From IMG/VR virus record IMGVR_UViG_2923334124_000002: 56,113 nt of DNA; one strand, written 5' to 3'. Position numbers and translations under genes: made by a program. The stretch's first letter is position 1; each line of letters opens with the position of its first letter. Shown here piece after piece: positions 31,524 through 40,451 of this stretch. The DNA comes from a virus. Taxonomy: Duplodnaviria; Heunggongvirae; Uroviricota; Caudoviricetes. Below the pieces are notes generated by a model, which worked only from the letters and a program-made list of their open reading frames with translations, was not told where the DNA came from and did no database searches.

Positions 31524-32014
31524 GTATCCTCCGGATAATAAAAAGCCAGCTTAGTGCACTGAGTGCGGATATATTCCTGCGCCCCTTCCAGCTGCTTCTG
31601 CATTGTCATCAACCGTTCTCTGAGGATGAAATAATCCCGTTCAGCGGTGTCTGCCAGTCGGGGGCCGGTTGCATTATCCACGCTGGAGGTGCCGGTGGCT
31701 TCACGCACGGTACCGGGGCAGGTGGCGTTGACCCGCAGGCGCTTACGACCAGCGGCAACATCAGCGCGCAGAGTTTCATTTTCAGCTCTCGCATCGGCTA
31801 ATTCCTTCGTGTATCTGGCATCAAGCGCAGCGACATCTCGCTGGCGCTGCTGCATGTCAGTAATAGTGGCATTCGCCAGTTTCAGCTCACTGACTTTTTT
31901 ATCGCGCTGCGCTTTGTAGGTGATGGCGTTATCGCGGTAATGATTCAGCCCCAGACTAAGCACACCACAGGCTACCAGCATGACAATAATCACCACACAC
32001 AGAACACGGTTCAT
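31520..32014 (-). CDS. Rz: i-spanin Rz
   Basis: N-terminal TM segment, coiled coil, periplasmic Cys; contains embedded Rz1 frame. Confidence 0.8.
31609..31779 (-). CDS. Rz1: o-spanin Rz1 (lipoprotein embedded in Rz, +1 frame)
   Basis: [17 protein letters not shown] lipobox followed by Pro-rich segment. Confidence 0.65.
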   Translation of the reverse strand: MKLCALMLPLVVSACGSTPPAPVPCVKPPAPPAWIMQPAPDWQTPLNGIISSSENG

Positions 32015-32229
32015 ATCACCACCAACGGATTGCCCAGACCAGAACAGCAATGGCCACAATACGAATGGCAAATGCCATTGCCCGAATAAGTTCAGCACTC
32101 ATCTTTTTAAAGTTCACGATTTCAGCGCAATGACCAGTTTTGCCAGCCCATACAGCATCGGAGACACAGCAATACCAACAGCCACCCACTTAATAGCAAA
32201 AGCCAGCGCTCTGCTGATGTCATCAGTCA

Positions 32230-32364
32230 CTGTCACCCCAGCAGCCCCGACGAAGACAACATCACCCAGGCGAGGGACAGAAAAAGAGCAACCAGCATTA
32301 GTGAAAATGAAATACCGACAATCACACACAGGACCTTTGCCGGCGTTATGAGTTTGTCTGACAT
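32230..32364 (-). CDS. hypothetical small membrane peptide (44 aa)
   Basis: MSDKLITPAKVLCVIVGISFSLMLVALFLSLAWVMLSSSGLLG; SD AAGGGG 6 nt upstream; one predicted TM helix. Confidence 0.3.
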
Positions 32365-32366
32365 AG

Positions 32367-32462
32367 CTACCCCTTAATTGCCACAATTAACTGGGATACT
32401 ACCCATAAAAAAGGGATGCTCCAGACCAGCAAAAATTTCCAGTTTGGTAATTGACTAATCAT
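32367..32462 (-). CDS. hypothetical small membrane peptide (31 aa)
   Basis: MISQLPNWKFLLVWSIPFLWVVSQLIVAIKG; SD GGGAG upstream; hydrophobic. Confidence 0.3.
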   Translation of the reverse strand: MISQLPNWKFLLVWSIPFLWVVSQLIVAIKG

Positions 32463-32533
32463 GAGTCGCAACTCCCTAATCAGTTTGCTAAAATCAATCA
32501 AGGCAGCCTCCCATAGCTTACTGCCATAAAAAC

Positions 32534-32566
32534 AAAACCCCGCTTGCTGCCAACAAACGGGGTTTT
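32534..32566. terminator. bidirectional hairpin terminator (aaaaccccgcttgctgccaacaaacggggtttt) immediately after endolysin gene
   Basis: 9-bp GC stem with U-runs on both sides. Confidence 0.5.
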
Positions 32567-32656
32567 TACTTTTATTCACTTAGGTTTTGCCAGTTCACAG
32601 GACTTCGTGTTATCCGCCCGCGTTGGCCAACCTCATTTTTCAGCAAAATATTCTGC

Positions 32657-33190
32657 TTATCTGTCGATTCCCCAGCACGCCAGCGCGCTCTCCTGGTCAC
32701 GACGGAATACCTGACCGTAACAGTTATTTGAGCGAATACGGCAGTCTCTGCCACCGTCCTTAATCCACCAGCGAATCGCTTCGCATGCTCCCCTGCGATC
32801 ACCTGCATTAATTCGTCTGTAAAACGTCGACGGGAAACACTTACCGGGACCAATGTTGTACGGACAGAATGACGCGATCCCCGCTTTCTGGGGTTCGGTC
32901 AATGGCACTTTGATGTTTTTCTCCACCCATGCCAGCGCCTTATCACGCTCAATGGCGTTAACCCGGTCGCATTTTTCCTTCGACAACTTCATGCCCGGAA
33001 CGACAGGTTTGCCATCCACCAGGATGGCACCGCGGCAGATGGTCCAGATACCCGCGCCATCACGGTATGCCGTGGTGTGGTTACCTTCCTTTTCATCCAG
33101 AAACTGGTCGAGAATGTCAGGCGCAGGCGCACCAGCGGCAATCAGCGCCAGAACGGCAGCCGACAGGCCGTATCTGATTTTTGCGTTCAT
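32657..33190 (-). CDS. R: SAR endolysin (phage-21 R-type lysozyme with signal-anchor-release N-terminus)
   Basis: 177 aa; hydrophobic Gly/Ala-rich N-terminal segment LSAAVLALIAAGAP; lysozyme motifs E..EG...TAYRD.AG.WTIC.G. Confidence 0.85.
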   Translation of the reverse strand: MNAKIRYGLSAAVLALIAAGAPAPDILDQFLDEKEGNHTTAYRDGAGIWTICRGAILVDGKPVVPGMKLSKEKCDRVNAIERDKALAWVEKNIKVPLTEPQKAGIASFCPYNIGPGKCFPSTFYRRINAGDRRGACEAIRWWIKDGGRDCRIRSNNCYGQVFRRDQESALACWGIDR

Positions 33191-33358
33191 GGATATTTAT
33201 CAGGATTTATCGGTTTCTGAGCCCTGGATATGTTTATCAGTTCCAGCCTGTTGCCTCAGGCTGCTAACAGGTCGTAAGCGTAAACTGACCGCCGTATGTA
33301 GCCATCAGACGAGAATTGGTAACTTAGACGCCCATCTGATATAGACGGACATCTAAGT

Positions 33359-33784
33359 ATGGAATTACAGGACTGGCGAAAAGAACCTCGTAAAAACTAT
33401 TCGAATGAATTCAAACTTCGTATGGTGGAACTGGCATCACAACCTGGAGCTTGTGTTGCACAGATTGCACGTGAAAATGGCGTCAATGATAATGTTATTT
33501 TCAAATGGCTCAGGCTCTGGCAGAACGAAGGGCGTGTTTCGCGGCGTCTTCCGGTAACGACCTCTTCTGACACTGGCGTTGAATTATTACCTGTAGAAAT
33601 AACGCCGGATGAGCAGAAAGAACCTGTGGCGGCCATTGCGCCGTCTTTATCCACTTCCACTCAGACCAGAGTCAGTGCCAGTTCCTGCAAGGTGGAATTC
33701 CGTCACGGTAACATGACGCTGGAAAATCCATCGCCAGAGCTGCTCACAGTGTTGATCCGTGAACTGACCGGGAGGGGAAGATGA
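33359..33784 (+). CDS. tnpA: IS66-family accessory protein TnpA (orf1)
   Basis: 141 aa; HTH; first ORF of IS66-type element. Confidence 0.8.
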   Translation: MELQDWRKEPRKNYSNEFKLRMVELASQPGACVAQIARENGVNDNVIFKWLRLWQNEGRVSRRLPVTTSSDTGVELLPVEITPDEQKEPVAAIAPSLSTSTQTRVSASSCKVEFRHGNMTLENPSPELLTVLIRELTGRGR

Positions 33785-34131
33785 TCTCACTCCCATCAGG
33801 TACCCGTATCTGGCTCGTTGCCGGCGTTACCGATATGCGTAAATCCTTCAACGGACTGGGAGAACAGGTACAACATGTGCTGAATGATAATCCCTTCTCC
33901 GGTCACCTGTTTATCTTCCGTGGCCGACGGGGTGACACCGTCAAAATTCTTTGGGCTGATGCTGATGGTCTGTGCCTGTTCACCAAACGCCTGGAGGAAG
34001 GCCAGTTTATCTGGCCTGCGGTACGTGACGGCAAGGTATCCATTACCCGCTCGCAACTGGCAATGCTCCTCGATAAGCTGGACTGGCGTCAGCCAAAAAC
34101 ATCCAGCCGTAACTCACTGACAATGTTGTAA
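33781..34131 (+). CDS. tnpB: IS66-family accessory protein TnpB (orf2)
   Basis: 116 aa; conserved IS66 Orf2 pattern; overlapping stop/start with orf1. Confidence 0.85.
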   Translation: MISLPSGTRIWLVAGVTDMRKSFNGLGEQVQHVLNDNPFSGHLFIFRGRRGDTVKILWADADGLCLFTKRLEEGQFIWPAVRDGKVSITRSQLAMLLDKLDWRQPKTSSRNSLTML

Positions 34132-34161
34132 AAAACTCCTGACCGCATTATAAAAACGGTC

Positions 34162-35775
34162 ATGAGTCAGAAATACCTCATTCGCATCGCAGAGCTGGAA
34201 AGGTTGCTCTCTGAGCAGGCTGAAGCCCTCCGTCAGAAAGACCAGCAACTGAGTCTGGTTGAAGAGACGGAAGCCTTCCTGCGCTCTGCACTGACACGTG
34301 CCGAAGAAAAGATCGAAGAAGATGAACGGGAAATAGAACATCTGCGGGCTCAGATAGAAAAACTGCGCCGGATGCTGTTCGGTACCCGTTCTGAAAAACT
34401 GCGTCGTGAAGTTGAACTGGCTGAGGCTCTGCTGAAACAACGTGAACAGGACAGCGATCGTTACAGTGGGCGGGAAGACGATCCTCAGGTTCCCCGCCAG
34501 TTGCGACAGTCGCGCCATCGTCGTCCGTTACCGGCACACCTTCCCCGTGAAATACACCGCCTGGAGCCAGAAGAAAGCTGTTGCCCGGAGTGTGGCGGTG
34601 AGCTGGATTATCTGGGGGAAGTCAGCGCTGAACAGCTGGAACTGGTGAGCAGTGCCCTGAAAGTGATCCGCACAGAACGGGTAAAAAAAGCCTGTACAAA
34701 ATGTGACTGTATTGTTGAAGCACCGGCGCCGTCCCGCCCGATAGAGCGTGGTATCGCGGGCCCCGGATTACTTGCCCGCGTGTTAACGGGAAAATACTGC
34801 GAACATCTGCCACTGTATCGTCAGAGTGAAATCTTTGCCCGCCAGGGTGTCGAACTGAGCCGGGCCTTACTCTCCAACTGGGTTGACGCGTGCTGCCAGT
34901 TAATGACACCGGTGAATGATGCCCTGTACCGTTATGTAATGAACACCCGCAAGGTTCACACTGATGACACACCGGTAAAGGTACTGGCACCGGGTCAGAA
35001 AAAGGCGAAAACAGGGCGTATCTGGACGTATGTCCGGGATGATCGCAATGTGGGTTCGTCATCTCCTCCAGCGGTCTGGTTCGCGTACTCGCCGAACCGG
35101 CAGGGGAAACACCCGGAGCAACACCTCCGCCCCTTCCGGGGTATCCTGCAGGCGGATGCGTTCACAGGTTACGACAGGTTGTTCAGTGCAGAACGTGAAG
35201 GTGGTGCACTGACAGAAGTTGCGTGCTGGGCCCATGCCCGGCGAAAAATCCACGATGTATACATCAGCAGCAAAAGTGCGACGGCAGAAGAAGCCCTGAA
35301 GCGAATCAGTGAACTGTACGCCATCGAGGATGAAATACGGGGATTACCGGAGTCAGAGCGTCTTGCCGTCAGGCAGCAGCGAAGCAAAGTGTTACTGACG
35401 TCGCTGCATGAATGGATGGTGGAGAAGAATGGTACGCTGTCGAAAAAATCCAGACTGGGCGAAGCGTTCAGCTATGTACTGAATCAGTGGGATGCCCTCT
35501 GTTATTACAGTGATGACGGTCTGGCGGAGGCGGATAATAATGCTGCGGAAAGAGCGCTTCGTGCAGTCTGTCTCGGAAAGAAAAACTTTATGTTCTTTGG
35601 CAGCGATCACGGCGGCGAGCGTGGAGCACTGTTGTACGGGCTGATCGGCACCTGCCGTCTGAACGGTATCGATCCGGAAGCGTATCTGCGCCATATCCTG
35701 AGCGTACTGCCGGAATGGCCTTCCAACCGAGTTGACGAACTCCTGCCATGGAACGTAGTACTCACCAATAAATAA
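34162..35775 (+). CDS. tnpC: IS66-family transposase (TnpC)
   Basis: 537 aa; leucine-zipper N-terminus, zinc-ribbon CPECGG, DDE core. Confidence 0.9.
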   Translation: MSQKYLIRIAELERLLSEQAEALRQKDQQLSLVEETEAFLRSALTRAEEKIEEDEREIEHLRAQIEKLRRMLFGTRSEKLRREVELAEALLKQREQDSDRYSGREDDPQVPRQLRQSRHRRPLPAHLPREIHRLEPEESCCPECGGELDYLGEVSAEQLELVSSALKVIRTERVKKACTKCDCIVEAPAPSRPIERGIAGPGLLARVLTGKYCEHLPLYRQSEIFARQGVELSRALLSNWVDACCQLMTPVNDALYRYVMNTRKVHTDDTPVKVLAPGQKKAKTGRIWTYVRDDRNVGSSSPPAVWFAYSPNRQGKHPEQHLRPFRGILQADAFTGYDRLFSAEREGGALTEVACWAHARRKIHDVYISSKSATAEEALKRISELYAIEDEIRGLPESERLAVRQQRSKVLLTSLHEWMVEKNGTLSKKSRLGEAFSYVLNQWDALCYYSDDGLAEADNNAAERALRAVCLGKKNFMFFGSDHGGERGALLYGLIGTCRLNGIDPEAYLRHILSVLPEWPSNRVDELLPWNVVLTNK

Positions 35776-35835
35776 GCGTCAATACGGTGCTCCGTTGACG
35801 CTTACAACAGGTCAATACAATCATGAGGATTATTT

Positions 35836-36108
35836 ATGGACAATAACACCATTTCTCTACAGGAGTTGCTCGACAGCATTTCCAGGCTTCGGGAAGACGT
35901 GAATACCCTTACCGTCGCCTTCTCATATCTGGCATTCTCAATTCCAAGGGAACAGATGCAATCAACGCTGGCATCAATCCAGTTTGAATCATGCAATCCC
36001 AAATGGTCTCAGGAACAACAAGACTCTTTCAGGCGGCTTGCTGTATTACTGGATGAAAAATATGCTGGTAAAATTACCATTTCGGCGGACTCTTCAGAGA
36101 ACCCGTAA
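35836..36108 (+). CDS. hypothetical protein (90 aa), convergent with and overlapping the 3' end of 36074..36418
   Basis: good SD GAGGA 5 nt upstream of ATG; no family recognised. Confidence 0.4.
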   Translation: MDNNTISLQELLDSISRLREDVNTLTVAFSYLAFSIPREQMQSTLASIQFESCNPKWSQEQQDSFRRLAVLLDEKYAGKITISADSSENP

Positions 36109-36418
36109 TTATTCCCGGTAGTTTTCCTCTGTAGGTTATCAACACATCCTGCGCCTCTAAAATTACGGGGCGCTTTTCCGGCGACTGCTCATCCCCTTCA
36201 CATAACCCGGCAGCAACATCCAGGAAGACCTGTCTGATGCTCCTTCTGGCTGCTGCCTCATAAAACTCCAGCGCGGCACCTTCAACACGGTCCAGCGAGA
36301 TGTCCAGGTCAAAAATTTCACCGTCAAAGCGTTTTTTGTCCCGTAACGCTAAAGTTACCGTAACTTTATTCTCAAAATTGCGGATCCCTTTCACAATCAG
36401 TTCATAGTTTTGAGTCAT
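36074..36418 (-). CDS. hypothetical protein (114 aa) translationally coupled to holin; occupies the position of ydfR in Qin
   Basis: ATG 7 nt after holin stop with SD GGGGAGAG; soluble, no motif recognised. Confidence 0.5.
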   Translation of the reverse strand: MTQNYELIVKGIRNFENKVTVTLALRDKKRFDGEIFDLDISLDRVEGAALEFYEAAARRSIRQVFLDVAAGLCEGDEQSPEKRPVILEAQDVLITYRGKLPGIITGSLKSPPKW

Positions 36419-36422
36419 TGAA

Positions 36423-36638
36423 TTACTCTCCCCGTGCCGCCTTACGACGGTCCTCTCTGATTTTGAAATACAGGTTAGTCAGATATGTCAGCAGCCCAAA
36501 CAGCAGACTCCCCAGCACGCCTATTGCCGCCCACTGAGACGGGGAAACCCTGTCCAGCAACTGCAGGAACCAGTAGCCCGTTCCCACCGCTGACGTGGTG
36601 TATGACACACCTGTTGTGATTTTTTCCATCTGGTACAT
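36423..36638 (-). CDS. S: class II holin / pinholin (phage 21 S21-like) with dual start
   Basis: 71 aa; ...[51 protein letters not shown] closely matches remembered S21. Confidence 0.8.
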   Translation of the reverse strand: MYQMEKITTGVSYTTSAVGTGYWFLQLLDRVSPSQWAAIGVLGSLLFGLLTYLTNLYFKIREDRRKAARGE

Positions 36639-36788
36639 ACCCCGTCTCCCGTTATCCGGAAGCTGACAACAATAAAAAAAGCCACCAGTTAAGTACTGAT
36701 GGCTCTGATAACTCATGCAGGCATCTCAGACGACCCACTGACACTACCGGTGAGTTTAACGATACCTTCCATTTGACTGGCTCACTTT

Positions 36789-38657
36789 TTATGATGATGC
36801 CGGTGCATTTATCTCCAGCACCAGACTTTCTATCTCAACGCCATACGTTGCATTTTTGGTAATATCCGTCAGCGTCAGCGCATTCAGCCCCAGTGTCAGA
36901 CTGTCTTTTATGACCTGGAATGCCGGGCCAGCCACTCCATTCAGTTTCGGAGTAACCGTGGCACTGCCGGCGGTGAACACCAGCTCCAGCGTCTGCCAGT
37001 CGTTACTGTAATTCCCGAACTCGCCCAACTTTGTGTTTCCTGCTTTCTTGTGATGCATCAGATTCAGTTTGCCGTCTGTGGTCTGGGTGAAGAACGACAT
37101 CAGGAACGGGTTACCAGTCCCGGTCATCGCCACGACGTCAGGTAACGCTACATCGGTATACAGATAAATTCCCAGACCGAACTGATTGTTGGTCAGTGCG
37201 CCTGACAGTCGAAACTTACAGCTCAGTCTGCCACCCCGTGTCAGCAGGGAGACTGCGTCATCCACCGGGCGCGTCAGGGACCAGGCTTTATTGCTCTGCT
37301 TGGTGATCTTAAATACACCATCTGACAACTGAATTCCGCCATTCTTAATGCTCCAGCCCTGCGCAGCAGCATCTCCGGCTGTCGGCAACAGGGAGATTGT
37401 GCGTACGGATGCATCTTCAGACGGCCCCGATGGCGTGTCGCCGCCGGGCGAGGGTTTGATTTCCGGTGCCTTACCACTAATGAAGGCTAAGGTGCGACCG
37501 GCTACGTTCAGAATAGCAGTTGCCATACGATCGGGAATAATGCCACGACGCGCCCATGAGCTGAAATGCGTCGGGCGATTTGATGATACCCAGTTTTTGT
37601 TCGTTCGGGATGCCGAACCGTAATAACCAGACCCGGCAATATCAGGATCTTCTGACGGGTTGTTTGTCGGTGTATTAACTCCGCTACCATCGGTCATAAA
37701 GGGAACAAAATAAATCTGCTGGGATTCTTTACCTTTATATGCACCATATACCACTTCATATTGCGTACCGTGTTCTTGTTTCCACGCGTATGTCGTGTCG
37801 CCACAAATCCAGGGGACTGATGCCGGACTTCCACCGTGACACTGCGCCGCCAGCCCGGCAAGGTCAGCACGGAACTGCTGTACCATTGCAAGAAATGCTG
37901 CTGGCTGCTGGGCGTAACTGGCATTCGTCATATCGAATTCCCCCTGCATCCAGCATATCGCCAGCAAAACGTTTTTCGGGTTTTTCTGCAATGCTGCCTT
38001 CGTGCGGAAAAGCAGATCCTGATATAACGGCTTACCCACTCCCCAGCGAGCCGAATCCTGACTGGCCCCCGTGGACTCGCTGAATGTCCCCTCCGTGCCC
38101 TGGGTGAATGCCGAACCACCACGACAGCATGGTACCAGCAGGATCCCCGCATTATTAGGGATATACGGAAGCAGTTTTTTGGCAATATGTAAGCCCTGTC
38201 CGACACAGCCGTACTGCCCTTTGCTCAGGTCAGCCCGGGGATGGTTAATCGTACTCATATCCTGAACATCATGCAGACAATGGTCAGCAGGAATGATGTC
38301 GTTAAATACGCATACTTCACCACCGGGAGTCACTGTGTTACGACGGGCCAGTTGCTTAATGCGCGGATGGGGCGCATCGTATGAATCCGGAAGCGGAAGC
38401 CCTTCACCGTAAGCCATGGCATTGGATTGCCCGGCCAGTACGATGACGTAGTACCACTCCGGCTCAGTTGCACCACTGACGACCACATCACCTTCTGCTG
38501 CAATCGCCTGCATCAGGGTATAAGGGGTTATGGCCACCGGACTACCAAACGGCTGCCAGCCCTCTTTCAGTTTATGTGTCAGCTTTTCCGCAAGATCTGA
38601 CGGCGACGCCGCCCTGACAACATCATAGTGTTTAAATGCCATGGTTCTTTCCACCAT
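36789..38657 (-). CDS. nanS-p: NanS-p-type sialate O-acetylesterase (SGNH hydrolase) typical of Stx-phage late regions
   Basis: 622 aa; GQSN catalytic block; sits immediately upstream of the holin, as the esterase gene does downstream of stx in Stx phages. Confidence 0.75.
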   Translation of the reverse strand: MVERTMAFKHYDVVRAASPSDLAEKLTHKLKEGWQPFGSPVAITPYTLMQAIAAEGDVVVSGATEPEWYYVIVLAGQSNAMAYGEGLPLPDSYDAPHPRIKQLARRNTVTPGGEVCVFNDIIPADHCLHDVQDMSTINHPRADLSKGQYGCVGQGLHIAKKLLPYIPNNAGILLVPCCRGGSAFTQGTEGTFSESTGASQDSARWGVGKPLYQDLLFRTKAALQKNPKNVLLAICWMQGEFDMTNASYAQQPAAFLAMVQQFRADLAGLAAQCHGGSPASVPWICGDTTYAWKQEHGTQYEVVYGAYKGKESQQIYFVPFMTDGSGVNTPTNNPSEDPDIAGSGYYGSASRTNKNWVSSNRPTHFSSWARRGIIPDRMATAILNVAGRTLAFISGKAPEIKPSPGGDTPSGPSEDASVRTISLLPTAGDAAAQGWSIKNGGIQLSDGVFKITKQSNKAWSLTRPVDDAVSLLTRGGRLSCKFRLSGALTNNQFGLGIYLYTDVALPDVVAMTGTGNPFLMSFFTQTTDGKLNLMHHKKAGNTKLGEFGNYSNDWQTLELVFTAGSATVTPKLNGVAGPAFQVIKDSLTLGLNALTLTDITKNATYGVEIESLVLEINAPASS

Positions 38658-38902
38658 CTGAAAAATGATTCTTTAAAATACCTGACATGTAATACAGAAA
38701 AAACACAAAACCATACCTTAAATAAAAACCTCATCATCAAGCAGATATGCATGGATAAACTACAAGACGAGATATAAACCACCCTGCATTTAAATAAACA
38801 ATAAACAACATCAGAAAAATAATTCTGCTCTATGGTTTACAATCAAAAATATCATTTATACTTTTCAGAACATCACCAGCAAGGCATAAACAAGGAAACT
38901 AA

Positions 38903-39238
38903 ATGAAGTGGATTGTGATTGATACAGTTATCCAGCCATCATGCGGAATATCTTTTTCAGTCATATGGAGTAAAATAAAATTAATAATCTGGTATCAATC
39001 GGATGCTTTCTTACCTCCTGAAAGTATATTTACACTGACTCACACAGGCATCATGCTCAATAACAAAGTGCTACCTGTAACCATTTACAACGTAGTACCA
39101 TTCAATAAAACATTCTGGAATTTAATCAAAAACAGCCAGGAATGCCCTACAAATACAGATAACGTATTGAATGAATGCTTTAATAACCGTTGCACTCTGC
39201 AAATATGTCCTTATGGACTAAAACAACAAAGTCCATAA
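38903..39238 (+). CDS. hypothetical AT-rich cargo ORF (111 aa, Cys-rich C-terminus)
   Basis: SD AAGGAAA 7 nt upstream; low GC versus flanks; no family recognised. Confidence 0.35.
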   Translation: MKWIVIDTVIQPSCGISFSVIWSKIKLIIWYQSDAFLPPESIFTLTHTGIMLNNKVLPVTIYNVVPFNKTFWNLIKNSQECPTNTDNVLNECFNNRCTLQICPYGLKQQSP

Positions 39239-39685
39239 GGAGTTTACTCACATCTGACAAAATCAATATAAACAGCCCCTCCGGAGAGGGGCTGGAGAGT
39301 GGCGCTATGTGCCATTGCATGGTGCCGGGTGCCTCCCGGTGAATTCAGTACCAGCACCTGAATCCGCGATTATCCCATATACCTACTCGCTGATTGCCCC
39401 TCCGCACAGGGGGATTCACCATGCCAGTTTCTTTTAACAAACTCCCCGCAAACCAGACAACAATCAACCGCCTGAATTGTGAAGTATTTAAAAATTTCTC
39501 CCGCTAACTGATACCCGGCTAACAGTCTGGCGTTTTCTTTTTCAGCAACGGGAAAGCAACAACCACCACACCCGCCACCAGCACACCGTCAGCCAGCACT
39601 GACATTATCCGGCTGCAGCAATGCCATTCACAAAAACAGTAAGCAATCACTTTTTACCGTAACCGGTGATAATCCAGATATGTAT

Positions 39686-40042
39686 CTACCCCAGATGAGT
39701 AATCCGAAGTTCATCCATACCACAGGTCCTGGCTATTCTGTTGTACTCCTGAACAAGAGTAAATAATTCTGAATTAGCCACCATGAACTCATCGCAAACC
39801 CTCTGTATAGCATCACTATTCAGAATAATAACGTCTCTTCCCGAAAGACGATCAGGAGTACAGAACAAAACTGTCAAACGGCTGAAGGCCTTTGCTCGTG
39901 CTGCATTGACTATATCAATACGCTGCCTAAGGATGAAACACCCCGACGCCTCATCAATATTCACTCTACCCACACCATATGAATGATAAATATTTAATGC
40001 TGAAAAAACCATTAGACCGTATAACAAACACTCAATCAACAC
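39686..40042 (-). CDS. hypothetical ORF (GTG start in track; possible ATG start at 40012)
   Basis: ORF only; weak translation signals. Confidence 0.2.
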   Translation of the reverse strand: MLIECLLYGLMVFSALNIYHSYGVGRVNIDEASGCFILRQRIDIVNAARAKAFSRLTVLFCTPDRLSGRDVIILNSDAIQRVCDEFMVANSELFTLVQEYNRIARTCGMDELRITHLG

Positions 40043-40149
40043 TTAACAGAACTTTTATTTTTGACAAACATATAATATTTTCAACAATATCCTGAGCCAG
40101 GTATATTTCAGTATAAGGCTCTGCCGGAAGGAATCTGGAAGAATGAATA

Positions 40150-40226
40150 TGGCGCGCTGTACTGGATTCGAACCAGTGACCGATTGCTTAGAAGGCAATT
40201 GCTCTGTCCGGCTGAGCTAACAACGC
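40150..40226 (-). tRNA. argO: tRNA-Arg (anticodon TCT)
   Basis: cloverleaf-compatible 77-nt sequence gcgttgttagctcagc...ccttCTaagc...ttcgaatcc...gcgcgcca read on minus strand. Confidence 0.8.
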
Positions 40227-40326
40227 TGAATACCGATAATGGACCGCCATCGGGGACCCGCCCCCGCACCAACAACCCTGTTATCGTGTCGTCTGCTCTT
40301 CCTGATAAGCTAATGGCGGTTTGTGA

Positions 40327-40402
40327 TGGTGGCCCTTGCTGGATTTGAACCAGCGACCTGGCGATTATGAGTCGCTCGCTCTCACCACTGAGCTAAAGGG
40401 CC
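40327..40402 (-). tRNA. ileZ: tRNA-Ile2 (anticodon CAT, lysidine-type) or tRNA-Met
   Basis: ggccctttagctcagtggtgagagc...actCATaatcg...ggttcaaatcc...gggccacca; closely resembles remembered ileX/ileZ. Confidence 0.8.
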
Positions 40403-40451
40403 GGGAGCAGAATAATAATGGTGCGTAATTAATTCTGCAATCTCATCCGTT

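Larger units (their letters stand above)
33274..35805 (+). mobile_element. IS66-family insertion sequence (2532 bp) inserted between holin/orf and endolysin genes
   Basis: three-ORF IS66 organisation; terminal inverted repeats GTAAGCGTAAACTGACC.../...CGTTGACGCTTAC; 8-bp target duplication AACAGGTC at 33266..33273 and 35806..35813. Confidence 0.85.

Noticed and set aside
38658-40149. Shiga toxin genes (stxA/stxB) or remnants at the canonical position
   Set aside because: No ORF here resembles StxA or StxB at the protein level and no similarity to remembered stx nucleotide sequence; the locus carries different unknown cargo
40227-40326. Possible third tRNA (argN-like) between the two tRNA genes
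   Set aside because: No cloverleaf-compatible sequence, anticodon stem or T-loop motif could be found by eye; only the two flanking tRNAs are supported
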